Below, piece after piece: positions 30,297 to 39,341 of a DNA stretch of 64,000 bases. Both the position numbers and the translations under genes were made by a program. How positions within the stretch are numbered: position 1 is the stretch's first letter; every line of letters begins with the position of its first letter. Location of the stretch: positions 1-64,000 of the IMG/VR virus record IMGVR_UViG_3300013093_000017. One strand, 5' to 3'. Below the pieces are notes generated by a model. That model was not told the origin of the DNA and did not search any database. It saw nothing but the letters and a program-made list of their open reading frames with translations.

Positions 30297-31343
30297 ATGA
30301 AATTTGCAGTTGATCTATCAAAAGGTGTATTAGGTAATGCAGATAGTACTGAGTTGTGGACTGATATCATTTCACATATTCCGGATTCAGTACTACTTAC
30401 TCCAAATGTTCGTATCTTATCAGTAGCCTGCGGTCATTGTACCGAAGCTGTCATTATTGCTAAACGCATGCTAGCCCTGGGTATAAGTAAAGAAACAGTG
30501 CGTAATTCAGTTTGGTTGATTGACAAATACCGAGTATTTACAAATCAAGCTAAATCTACACACGGATTCACTAATGTAATCACTGCTGATTTTATGGAAT
30601 GGGAAATAGATATGAAATTTGATGTAATCGTAGGCAATCCTCCTTATCAAAGAACAGATAATAAAGCCAAACGCTGGACGTTATGGGAAGAATTTATCAA
30701 AAAGTCATTAGGTATAGCTGACATTGTAGCAATGGTAGTGCCGCAAAGTTTAACCAGTCCAAACGCTTCATTTGAATCGATTAAAGATAAATGCGCTGTA
30801 TTAAACATCAACGTTAGTAAATATTTCAATGTAGGTAGCACCTTTTGTTATTTTATTGCAGATAATAGACAAAAAATCACCACCACTAAAATTATTACAG
30901 ACAAAAAAGAATATATACGAGATATTAGTAATTTGCCATTTTTGCCTATGAATATTACTGATCAAAGTCTACAACAACTTGATGACCTAATAGCTCGTCC
31001 TAAACGGGTATGGAAGCGTGGAGAATTACATACTAGCAATGCTAATTTATTTTCTATCAATGGTCAATATCCTGTTATGCATACAAATGCACAATCACTC
31101 AAATCTAATATCGAGCATAAGAACAAAACAAAAATTCGAGTAGCGGTGTCTCTTAGTGGGTACCCTACATTTCGTGTACTTCAAAATGAATATGCAACCC
31201 AGGCATGTTTTTGGACAGAATTTAGTAATTTAGCCGATGCTCAAACATTTGCAGACGAATGCAATGGAACAGATATTCAAGAACTTTTGAAAATATTTAA
31301 ATGGTCAGGATGGAATAGTAAGGAAGTGATTCAATGTCTGTAA
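30297..31343 (+). CDS. N6-adenine DNA methyltransferase-like protein (Eco57I/TaqI-like) with target-recognition region
   Basis: KFDVIVGNPPY catalytic motif; degenerate motif I (SVACGHCTE). Confidence 0.75.
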   Translation: MKFAVDLSKGVLGNADSTELWTDIISHIPDSVLLTPNVRILSVACGHCTEAVIIAKRMLALGISKETVRNSVWLIDKYRVFTNQAKSTHGFTNVITADFMEWEIDMKFDVIVGNPPYQRTDNKAKRWTLWEEFIKKSLGIADIVAMVVPQSLTSPNASFESIKDKCAVLNINVSKYFNVGSTFCYFIADNRQKITTTKIITDKKEYIRDISNLPFLPMNITDQSLQQLDDLIARPKRVWKRGELHTSNANLFSINGQYPVMHTNAQSLKSNIEHKNKTKIRVAVSLSGYPTFRVLQNEYATQACFWTEFSNLADAQTFADECNGTDIQELLKIFKWSGWNSKEVIQCL

Positions 31344-31786
31344 ACAGTGTTATCAAGCACCTGCGCGATCGTGAATACATGAGTGGGGTTGAACGTGATA
31401 AGTTGCGTGTTAAAGCAACAGGTGAAGTGTTTACTCCAACACCGCTGGTACAGGAAATACTTGATCAATTACCGCAGGATATATTCCAAGATCCAACTAA
31501 GACATTCCTTGATCCTAGTTGTGGAGATGGACAGTTTTTGAGCGAAGTGTTAATACGCAAAGTTGAAAACGGTATTGATTTTGAAACAGCGTTAAGTACC
31601 ATCTATGGTGTGGACCTAATGCAAGACAATGTAGAACTGTGCAGAGAACGCTTGCTGTGCGGACAAGAGCATCTACGTCATATTGTAGAAAAGAATATTG
31701 TATGTCACAATGCACTTACATATGATTATCAGTTTGGTGAACCAGAAATCTTTGGCTACGGGAATTTTGAGGTAGTTGCAAAATAA
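31334..31786 (+). CDS. Short DNA methyltransferase SAM-binding subunit
   Basis: GEVFTP, FLDPSCGDGQFL, IYGVDL; no NPPY. Confidence 0.8.
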   Translation: MSVNSVIKHLRDREYMSGVERDKLRVKATGEVFTPTPLVQEILDQLPQDIFQDPTKTFLDPSCGDGQFLSEVLIRKVENGIDFETALSTIYGVDLMQDNVELCRERLLCGQEHLRHIVEKNIVCHNALTYDYQFGEPEIFGYGNFEVVAK

Positions 31787-31815
31787 CAACACCTGTGCCA
31801 AAATGCAACAGTTGG

Positions 31816-31844
31816 TTGACAGCAAGAAATAAGTAGTATATACT
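31816..31844 (+). promoter_or_regulatory. sigma70-type promoter
   Basis: TTGACA-N17-TATACT. Confidence 0.75.
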
Positions 31845-31878
31845 TATACAGTAAGTTCAATTTAATTAAGGAGAAGTA

Positions 31879-32457
31879 ATGAAAAAGTTTTTATTAGCAG
31901 TACTTTTAGCAGTAGCATCAGTATCAGCATTTGCTGACGCAGGTAATTATGCATCAGCAGGCATCGACTTTAAAGACAAGCAAGATTCAACTAACAACCA
32001 CACAGTATATGGTTTAACAGTTGGGCATGACTTTGGCAACACATGGAAAGTTGAAGCACGCATGGAAGACGAAACTGTTAACGGTGGCGCACACGAAGGT
32101 CTAGTTCAACTTAAAGTGAACAAAGACATCGGTACTTGGTATGGTGTTACTCCATACGCAGGGGTAGCAGTTGGTGAGAAAGACAAATCAACTACTAACT
32201 TTATCTATTACCTAGGTGAAGTTGGCGCAAAGTACACAGTATTGCCAGGTTTAACAGCGTTTGTTCAAGAACGTCTACGTACACCATTTAACGAAAACTT
32301 AGATGGCCATACAGGCTACGGTTACAAGACTTGGGAAACATCAGTAGGTGCAAAATACGCAATTAACAAATCAAATGCTGTTGGCCTACGATTTGCTGTA
32401 GAGCGTGGAGATAGCGCATACAACACAGTTGGTGTTAACTACACATACTCATTCTAA
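31879..32457 (+). CDS. Outer-membrane beta-barrel protein
   Basis: Signal peptide, alternating amphipathic strands, C-terminal YTYSF beta-signal. Confidence 0.8.
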   Translation: MKKFLLAVLLAVASVSAFADAGNYASAGIDFKDKQDSTNNHTVYGLTVGHDFGNTWKVEARMEDETVNGGAHEGLVQLKVNKDIGTWYGVTPYAGVAVGEKDKSTTNFIYYLGEVGAKYTVLPGLTAFVQERLRTPFNENLDGHTGYGYKTWETSVGAKYAINKSNAVGLRFAVERGDSAYNTVGVNYTYSF

Positions 32458-32476
32458 TTTAATTTAGAATATATTC

Positions 32477-32515
32477 AAAAAGGCCTTGACGGGCCTTTTT
32501 GTTTGGCTATATAAT
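32477..32515 (+). promoter_or_regulatory. Terminator hairpin whose loop carries the -35 of the tRNA promoter
   Basis: AAAAAGGCC-TTGAC-GGGCCTTTTT; TTGACG-N18-TATAAT. Confidence 0.55.
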
Positions 32516-32523
32516 ATGTATAT

Positions 32524-32597
32524 GCGCTTGAAGCTGATCGAATAGCAAGAGCTTCTAAACCTCCAGGTAGTGGGTTTGACTCCCACCAAGCGCACCA
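32524..32597 (+). tRNA. Atypical tRNA: anticodon CUA (amber) in canonical register, or degenerate Arg(UCU)
   Basis: Acceptor GCGCTTG/CAAGCGC-A-CCA, D stem GCTG/TAGC, T stem GTGGG/CCCAC, variable loop AGGTA; anticodon loop TTCTAAA; anticodon stem has only 3 pairs. Confidence 0.75.
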
Positions 32598-32614
32598 ATT
32601 AATTAAGGAATAAG

Positions 32615-32914
32615 ATGAATTTCAAACCATTACAAGATAAGATTTTAGTTAAACGTATTGAAAACGCTAATGTGTCGCAAGGCGGTATATTAGTACCAGA
32701 TGCCTCAGTTGAGAAACCAAATCAGGGTGTTGTACTGGCAGTGGGTCCGGGTAAGTATCTGGCCAATGGAACATTTCAACCAATGACATTAACAGTCAAC
32801 GATAAGATCTTATTCACCAAAGGCGCAGGTGCTCCTGTTAAAGTGGATGATGAAGAATACGTTGTTCTGAAAGAAGACGATGTTTATGCCGTGATAGGAA
32901 CTGTGGCTAAATAG
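32615..32914 (+). CDS. groES: Co-chaperonin GroES
   Basis: FKPLQDKILVKR, GGILVP, VLAVGPG, LKEDDVYAVI. Confidence 0.95.
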   Translation: MNFKPLQDKILVKRIENANVSQGGILVPDASVEKPNQGVVLAVGPGKYLANGTFQPMTLTVNDKILFTKGAGAPVKVDDEEYVVLKEDDVYAVIGTVAK

Positions 32915-32985
32915 AATTGTAGGAAGGTCCTACAACCGACAGACTTTAATACAAGCACTTAGTCTGTGTGCTATAAGGAAGAAAA

Positions 32986-33810
32986 ATGATGTACTCAAAC
33001 AAAATGGCAGCCGCCATCAAAGTCAACGGAAAAGTTTTACGCGAATTTAAGGATACAGTTTATATCCCATTTGGCAGTCAATATTCCATCTTAGTAAAAA
33101 ATCTAAACACAGTACGAGCAGTGGTCCATATTGAGCTAGACGGTGAAGAAGTAGTTGCCGGAGGTCTAGTAGTTGGCGCTGGACAGGAAGTAGATTTAGA
33201 ACGCTGGGTCAAAGCTGACAATCTAAAGAAAGGCAATAAGTTTAAATTTATTGAGCGTACTGCCAACATTGAACAACATCGCGGTGTTGGTCTTGAAGAT
33301 GGTATTGTTCGCATTACCTATCAATTTGAGCAGGTAATGAATCCAGTTATAGGAATTCACCGTGGTAATATGCCCGGAGTTATTACAACAACTAACCCTT
33401 GGGATACTCATGGCATTCTGCGCAGCTCCACATCAGGTGGGCAAAGTGCTAGTTACAGTTCTTCTATGATTAGCACGGCAGCATTTAACAATGTAGCAGT
33501 TAGTGCCACTTCTGCAACCGGATTGCCTGGTGTAACAGCATCAATGAAACATGAGCAGAGTAACGATGCAGGTATTACTGTACCGGGTAGTAAGAGTGAT
33601 CAAAAATTCCAAACTGCCAGTTGGTTTCCTACAGAATCCGAAACACACTCAATGGTGTTTAAACTATTAGGTGCTACTGAAGATAATCAACCTGTGTATA
33701 AGGCAGTGACAGTCAAAGCAAAACCTAAGTGTGTGACCTGTGGCAAACAGAATAAGGCAACTGCTAAATTCTGCGCCGAATGTGGCACAGCATTAGAAAT
33801 ATTTGCATAA
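32986..33810 (+). CDS. Hypothetical protein with C-terminal zinc ribbon
   Basis: CVTCG...FCAECG. Confidence 0.7.
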   Translation: MMYSNKMAAAIKVNGKVLREFKDTVYIPFGSQYSILVKNLNTVRAVVHIELDGEEVVAGGLVVGAGQEVDLERWVKADNLKKGNKFKFIERTANIEQHRGVGLEDGIVRITYQFEQVMNPVIGIHRGNMPGVITTTNPWDTHGILRSSTSGGQSASYSSSMISTAAFNNVAVSATSATGLPGVTASMKHEQSNDAGITVPGSKSDQKFQTASWFPTESETHSMVFKLLGATEDNQPVYKAVTVKAKPKCVTCGKQNKATAKFCAECGTALEIFA

Positions 33811-33824
33811 TCAGTAATGAGGGG

Positions 33825-33853
33825 TTGACAGCCCCTCACTTTATAAGTACAAT
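33825..33853 (+). promoter_or_regulatory. sigma70 promoter of tRNA-Cys
   Basis: TTGACA-N17-TACAAT; the -35 lies in the loop of TGAGGGG/CCCCTCA. Confidence 0.7.
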
Positions 33854-33863
33854 GTAAGTTAAT

Positions 33864-33938
33864 GGGCATGTAGCAGAGTATCACATGCGCACCGTTGCAA
33901 ACGGTGAGAGGAAGGGTGAAAATCCATCCGTGCCCTCC
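33864..33938 (+). tRNA. tRNA-Cys(GCA) with non-canonical D and T loops
   Basis: GGGCATG/CGTGCCC, U73, CCA; stem CACCG/CGGTG with loop TTGCAAA; T loop GTGAAAT. Confidence 0.85.
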
Positions 33939-33957
33939 ATATTCTAAAGGTAAGAAA

Positions 33958-34227
33958 ATGAAACTATTTACTGTTACATCAAGATACGAAGGAGAAATGT
34001 ATCCGCAGGCTGTATTCAGTATAGGAAAATGTTTTCTTTCTGAAGGTAAATTTGATGGTTGGTATCTAAAGATAGAACTGCCCATTAATAAAATGAAAAG
34101 TTACATTAGTCCAAAGACATTCGAGCCTACAGTAGGTAAATGTAATTGGGCAATGTTATTACGCAAACGCCCAATGTATAGTAATATATTCAAAGCAATC
34201 ACATGGGTTCCAATCGAAAAAGTATAA
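33958..34227 (+). CDS. Hypothetical protein
   Basis: AAGG RBS after the tRNA; the ORF-track start lies inside the tRNA. Confidence 0.6.
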   Translation: MKLFTVTSRYEGEMYPQAVFSIGKCFLSEGKFDGWYLKIELPINKMKSYISPKTFEPTVGKCNWAMLLRKRPMYSNIFKAITWVPIEKV

Positions 34228-34304
34228 TGGATGTCCTAGAACGAGCAGCACGATTAACAGAAATATATGAAGTAAAATAAATATAAATTTAAGGAGAAGT
34301 AACA

Positions 34305-34880
34305 ATGTTATAGATTGGTAAACAAATTGAATATAAATGTGAAGATGTAGTTTTTCACTTTAACAAGAAACATCTCGAAGACCCAACTGTTCCTATGTGG
34401 GTTGTCAAAAGCCATGGTGTTACATTTTATGTAAATCATGTATCAGCAGAAATTCCGTGGAGTACTAAAGAAACTCCAAATAACGATCATACCAAAGGTA
34501 GTATCAAATTTAAGAAATGTAAGTTAAGCATTAGTCGTGAGAACGAGGCAACCTTGTCGCCGCTTGGTCTAATGGATAGATTACTATCTCACCCAAAAAT
34601 TTCCACACGTATTATCGCTAGCAGAAACGGACATTTCCACGATGCTCTACGTGCAGGTGAGTATAAGCACAGTGATATTAAAGAAATTGGCGGCGGCTGC
34701 GGCAGTGCGTTTATTATCTGTGACCTAACGGATAAGAACGAATCGCTTATGGCTGCATTAAAGTATTCGGGCAAGTTCCGCATACTTGCGCCAAACGAAC
34801 GTTACTATATTGACTACGAAGCTGGTAATGACCTGTACGAATATGACGAGGAGGAGTTTGATGATGACGATCTTTATTAA
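34305..34880 (+). CDS. Hypothetical protein with in-frame TAG at codon 3 (readthrough or disrupted allele)
   Basis: AAGGAG at 34291-34296; ATG TTA TAG, then 27 open codons in frame with ORF 34395-34880. Confidence 0.6.
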
Positions 34881-35061
34881 GTATAACGAGCTTGAAGAAT
34901 TTATCAAAATTATTAAGCAATTTGGTGTTCGACACGGACCATTCCGTAAAGGAGTTACCCACACCGATGGCGGACATGTGGGATATTATATTGAAGTACT
35001 CAATCCCGGCGCTGCCGAAACCTATCTTAAATTAAAGTACAATTTTAATAAATTTTGGTAA
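34861..35061 (+). CDS. Hypothetical protein
   Basis: GAGGAG RBS. Confidence 0.55.
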   Translation: MMTIFIKYNELEEFIKIIKQFGVRHGPFRKGVTHTDGGHVGYYIEVLNPGAAETYLKLKYNFNKFW

Positions 35062-35069
35062 ATCAATGG

Positions 35070-35098
35070 TTGACACAGAGATGGTTTTGTCATATAAT
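35070..35098 (+). promoter_or_regulatory. sigma70 promoter
   Basis: Perfect TTGACA-N17-TATAAT. Confidence 0.85.
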
Positions 35099-35129
35099 AG
35101 TATTGTTAATTAAACAACTGGAGATAGAA

Positions 35130-35465
35130 ATGTCAGCAACAAATACAATCGATGCACTATCGCAATTTTGCAAACAATCTAGCGGTGATACACAGGTATG
35201 GACTGGTAAGAGCGGAACATATCATTGGAACATCGGTAAGCTAACTCGTCAACAAATTCTTAACGGAGTAGTACGTAAGCTAGCAGGTACAGATGTATCA
35301 ACTGGCGAAAAGATTTGGGTAGTAGCAGGATCATTTAAGATTGCACCAGATGGTAGTATCTTACGATTTACAGGACTTGCTCGTAAAGATCAAATCTTAA
35401 TCGCACGTATTGCTGATGTTACTGAGCAAGCACATACTATTCAAACTGATGCTGTGTTAGCCTAA
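35130..35465 (+). CDS. Hypothetical early protein
   Basis: GGAG RBS; start placed downstream of the promoter. Confidence 0.65.
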   Translation: MSATNTIDALSQFCKQSSGDTQVWTGKSGTYHWNIGKLTRQQILNGVVRKLAGTDVSTGEKIWVVAGSFKIAPDGSILRFTGLARKDQILIARIADVTEQAHTIQTDAVLA

Positions 35466-35477
35466 TGGTGTGTTACT

Positions 35478-35891
35478 ATGACCATGCACCTTGTAGGCCC
35501 TGCACTTACTACAACAGGTAAGAAAAAGGGTAAGAAAAAGTTTCGTAACGCAGAAGCGGCTAACAAAGCACGCCGCGCGGCAGAATCGTGGAATGAACTA
35601 TTGGAGAAATACGATGCTAAAGTGGTGGTGGACAAATCTAAGTCCGTTCGAAAAGGGTCTAGTAAAACTGTGGCTACTTATAGGAATGATTGGCGTAGTC
35701 GGGTTGACCCTAGGCGTCTTACTGATCATATACCAAGTGTTGACACAGGGGTAAGTGTAGCTGCAAAACCAGCTGACAAAGTCTACACAGGCGAAGCTAT
35801 GATCGGTATTGGACAACTACACAAGAGTAATGGTGTCCCGATATTTTCTAAGGAAGATGCAGTAGATATAAGTAAAATGAGACGTGGGTAA
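35478..35891 (+). CDS. Basic hypothetical phage protein
   Basis: TTTGKKKGKKKF; HKSNGVPIFSKEDAVDISKMRR. Confidence 0.65.
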   Translation: MTMHLVGPALTTTGKKKGKKKFRNAEAANKARRAAESWNELLEKYDAKVVVDKSKSVRKGSSKTVATYRNDWRSRVDPRRLTDHIPSVDTGVSVAAKPADKVYTGEAMIGIGQLHKSNGVPIFSKEDAVDISKMRRG

Positions 35892-35892
35892 T

Positions 35893-36066
35893 ATGTTAGA
35901 TAAGACATCATTTATTGTTATCATGTTGATTTGGACTGTGCCTATATTAATTGTTGTAGCGTGTATGCACAAAGCAATAAGTCGATCATTTGACCGTATA
36001 GAAGCTACTAGAACAAAACGGTCTAAGAAAATGGAAGATTGTTTATCAGAGATAGGGAGAGATTAA
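35893..36066 (+). CDS. Small membrane protein
   Basis: One hydrophobic helix. Confidence 0.5.
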   Translation: MLDKTSFIVIMLIWTVPILIVVACMHKAISRSFDRIEATRTKRSKKMEDCLSEIGRD

Positions 36067-36152
36067 TGAGTCCAGAAAAATTAGCACTAGTATTCTACAT
36101 GGCAGGATCAGTATGTTTCTTGCTTGGTTCACTAACATTATGGTTTAAATAA
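36066..36152 (+). CDS. 28 aa membrane peptide
   Basis: GGGAG RBS; MSPEKLALVFYMAGSVCFLLGSLTLWFK. Confidence 0.5.
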   Translation: MSPEKLALVFYMAGSVCFLLGSLTLWFK

Positions 36153-36153
36153 T

Positions 36154-36291
36154 ATGAGTAAATGGATTATGATTCCTGCTGTTATTATCGGCGTTCCGTT
36201 GATATGTATATACATGTTTCTCCGTCATCCTAGATTAATTTGGCGAGAAGCAAGAAAGAGTTGGGATTTAGTTAACGGTAAAGGAGAATAA
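36154..36291 (+). CDS. 45 aa membrane peptide
   Basis: MSKWIMIPAVIIGVPLICIYMFLRHPR... Confidence 0.5.
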   Translation: MSKWIMIPAVIIGVPLICIYMFLRHPRLIWREARKSWDLVNGKGE

Positions 36292-36292
36292 A

Positions 36293-36454
36293 GTGGCATC
36301 ATTACAAGATGTAGTTAAGGCAGCACTAGAAAAGAAAAAAGCAGAACAGCACGCTTCAACTAACAGCACTAATGTAGATACAGGCAAAGGTGCTCCAAAA
36401 TCACAGGTAGTAAGCAATAAACCTAGCAAAAAATCAGCAGGAAGAGGTCGCTAA
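36293..36454 (+). CDS. 53 aa basic protein
   Basis: AAGGAG RBS, GTG start; MASLQDVVKAALEKKK...GRGR. Confidence 0.55.
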   Translation: MASLQDVVKAALEKKKAEQHASTNSTNVDTGKGAPKSQVVSNKPSKKSAGRGR

Positions 36455-36462
36455 ATAATCCT

Positions 36463-37743
36463 ATGAAACAAGAAACTACACAAAAGCTCGTAGCCTATTT
36501 GGCTCTAATAAGTGGACTATCAATTTCCGCAGTAGCAGTCTACTATTCAGTAGTAGGGTTAACTGCTATTTTTGCAGCCGCAGTAATTCCTATTATAGTT
36601 ATGGGTACCACATTAGAGATCAGTAAACTAATCGCCACAGTATGGCTTAAACAGAATTGGGATACTGCACCTGCTACAATTAAAGCATATCTAATCGGTG
36701 CTATTATTGTGCTGATGCTGATCACCAGTATGGGGATCTTTGGCTTCTTGAGCAAAGCCCATCTAGATCAAGGCGTGCCTACAGATGATATCGCTGCCAA
36801 AGTATCAGTAATTGACGAAAAGATTAAGACACAAAAAGATAATATCGACACAGATAAGAAAGCCCTAGCACAAATGGATGCACAGGTAGACCAACTGCTT
36901 AGTCGTACCACAGATGATCGAGGTGCTAGCAAGGCTGCACAGTTACGCAAAACACAGGCTAAAGAACGTGCAGGCTTACAAGCAGACATAGCCACTGCAC
37001 AAAAGACCGTAACAGCCCTAAATGATGAGCGTGCACCTGTTGCTAGTCAACTGCGTAAAGTAGAAGCAGAGGTTGGTCCTATCAAATATATTGCTGCGTT
37101 CTTCTACGGTAGCACAGATCAAACTATCCTAGAGAAAGCAGTGACCTGGGTTATCCTTACACTAATTGTAGTATTTGATCCACTGGCAGTTATCTTATTA
37201 TTAGCCAGTCAAATCAGTTTTCAAAACATACGCAAGAAGCGTGAGTATGATGAACATAACTGGTCGCAGACTGCAACACCAGACGAAGCGTTAGATGATG
37301 CAGAGGAAAAAGCATTCTTTGCCCGAGGCAAGGAGATCGCCAGACAAGCTGATAAAGTATCACAAGTAAATGACAGCACACCGCCAGCAGAAACTAAAGA
37401 GGTAGATCCTCTTGAATTATGGAATAAGATATTAGCGGCTGCTGAAAAACAATCTAGTGTACCGCAGCCTGTTACATTGCCGCCACAGCCCCATGTTTGG
37501 AAAACCACTGTATATCCTCCTGCAGCACCTACTGTGCCTAGTACAGAAAGTTATGTTCAAAATGAAGAACAATCTGAAAGTGGATTATGGAATCAAATCA
37601 GCGAAAAAGAATACAGAGAAACTGCGGTTGAACGTACCATTGACGAAATAGTTACAAGTGTACGCGAAGGTCGTTTACCTTTATATAAAGTGCCCGATGA
37701 AATACGAGCTCAGGTTAAAGAAAGGTTAGACAATGACCGCTAA
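36463..37743 (+). CDS. Membrane protein with long coiled coil
   Basis: Three N-terminal TM helices, heptad region, a further TM helix, Pro-rich tail. Confidence 0.7.
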   Translation: MKQETTQKLVAYLALISGLSISAVAVYYSVVGLTAIFAAAVIPIIVMGTTLEISKLIATVWLKQNWDTAPATIKAYLIGAIIVLMLITSMGIFGFLSKAHLDQGVPTDDIAAKVSVIDEKIKTQKDNIDTDKKALAQMDAQVDQLLSRTTDDRGASKAAQLRKTQAKERAGLQADIATAQKTVTALNDERAPVASQLRKVEAEVGPIKYIAAFFYGSTDQTILEKAVTWVILTLIVVFDPLAVILLLASQISFQNIRKKREYDEHNWSQTATPDEALDDAEEKAFFARGKEIARQADKVSQVNDSTPPAETKEVDPLELWNKILAAAEKQSSVPQPVTLPPQPHVWKTTVYPPAAPTVPSTESYVQNEEQSESGLWNQISEKEYRETAVERTIDEIVTSVREGRLPLYKVPDEIRAQVKERLDNDR

Positions 37744-38122
37744 AATAACATTAATTACTCCTCCAGACATTTATCAAAATGATCAAGAAAGTATATTGTT
37801 CATAGACCTTAATGAAATTGAACAGGATTTAGTCAGCACTTGGTTAGGCAAAGCAGACCTTAGTCTTAATATCTATTTCTATCAAGGCGAAGCTAATGTT
37901 CCTTGGCTATTACACTCTCTATCTTGTTCTCAATATAGATATGTAAACTTAAATAACATGTCACCGGTAGTATCGTATCTAGCTGGATACATATTATCTA
38001 AACCTGGGGTTTGTTATAGCACAAGCGACGACAACGTAGCCGAACTATACAGCCACATTAACCTTAATCGCGTAGACGACGTTATTAAATTTTTGGAAAG
38101 ATCATTCAATGGACAAGAATAA
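37733..38122 (+). CDS. Hypothetical protein
   Basis: Overlapping operon gene. Confidence 0.6.
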   Translation: MTAKITLITPPDIYQNDQESILFIDLNEIEQDLVSTWLGKADLSLNIYFYQGEANVPWLLHSLSCSQYRYVNLNNMSPVVSYLAGYILSKPGVCYSTSDDNVAELYSHINLNRVDDVIKFLERSFNGQE

Positions 38123-39341
38123 ACCACACACCTGCGACTTCTGCGGCAAAAGCAAAGAAGATGTTGAAAAACTTATCGTAGGAGAAGCTGCGGCAATCTG
38201 TAATGATTGTGTTGATTTATGCCAAGGCATATTAGACGAAGATAAGGTTAAGAAATTCCCAAATAGCGACAATAAGATTATTTTCAATCCTACTAAAATC
38301 AAGGAGTATCTTGATCAATATGTAATTGGACAAGACGAAGCTAAAATTGCATTAAGTGTAGCAGTATGCCAGCACTTTAAACGCACGTTTAATCCTACCA
38401 AGGAAGTTGAATTAGAAAAGACCAATGTAATGTTATTAGGCCCTACAGGCTGTGGTAAGACTATGTTGGCTAAGAAACTAGCAGAGTACTTGGATGTGCC
38501 GTTTGCTATCTGTGATGCTACAGGTATTACAGAAGCAGGTTATGTAGGTGATGACGTAGAAAGCGTACTAATTCGTTTGCTTGCAGCGGCCGATGGTGAT
38601 ATTGATCGTGCGCAACACGGTATTATCTACATTGACGAAATTGACAAACTAAGCCGCAAAGGTGAAAGTACCAGTATCACCCGCGATGTCGGAGGTGAAG
38701 GAGTACAACAAGGTCTGCTTAAAATGGTTGAAGGTACAATTGTACGTGTGCCGACCAACGATAAACGCAAACATCCAAAAGGTGATATGAATGAAATCGA
38801 CACAGCCGGTATCTTGTTTATCTGTGGCGGTGCATTTGTGGGTCTAGATAAGATCATTGAAAAACGTGCTAATAGTGGTGGTGCTGGATTTAGTGCTACT
38901 CTTAAAGATCCTAAATCTACAACCAGCTATAATGATGTTACTACCAAGGATATTATTACGTTTGGTATGATTCCAGAATTTATTGGACGCTTTGGGTTAA
39001 TTACCAGTGTTGAAGAATTAGATACTAAAGATATGGTGCGTATCCTTAAAGAACCAAAGAACAGTCTGGTGCGACAATATCAACATTTATTTGAGTTAGA
39101 TGGCATTAAGATTGAGTTTGATGATGACGCATTATTAGCAGTTGCAGAAAAAGCCAAAGAGATGAAGACCAATGCACGCGGCCTCAAAAATGTATTAGAA
39201 AAGATTCTAGTGCCTTATCAATTTGATGCTGTAGATCTTGTTGAACGCGGTTTAACTAAGATTATGATAAGTAAAGATACAGTAGCAGGCAAACCTGCCA
39301 CACTAATATTTGATAAAAAAGAGAACACGGTAAACCTATGA
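38109..39341 (+). CDS. clpX: ClpX AAA+ unfoldase
   Basis: C4 zinc finger CDFC...[16 protein letters not shown] pore loop, DEIDK, RKH loop. Confidence 0.95.
   Translation: MDKNKPHTCDFCGKSKEDVEKLIVGEAAAICNDCVDLCQGILDEDKVKKFPNSDNKIIFNPTKIKEYLDQYVIGQDEAKIALSVAVCQHFKRTFNPTKEVELEKTNVMLLGPTGCGKTMLAKKLAEYLDVPFAICDATGITEAGYVGDDVESVLIRLLAAADGDIDRAQHGIIYIDEIDKLSRKGESTSITRDVGGEGVQQGLLKMVEGTIVRVPTNDKRKHPKGDMNEIDTAGILFICGGAFVGLDKIIEKRANSGGAGFSATLKDPKSTTSYNDVTTKDIITFGMIPEFIGRFGLITSVEELDTKDMVRILKEPKNSLVRQYQHLFELDGIKIEFDDDALLAVAEKAKEMKTNARGLKNVLEKILVPYQFDAVDLVERGLTKIMISKDTVAGKPATLIFDKKENTVNL

Noticed and set aside
33895-33957. ORF-track N-terminal extension MQTVRGRVKIHPCPP
   Set aside because: It overlaps tRNA-Cys; the real start is ATG 33958
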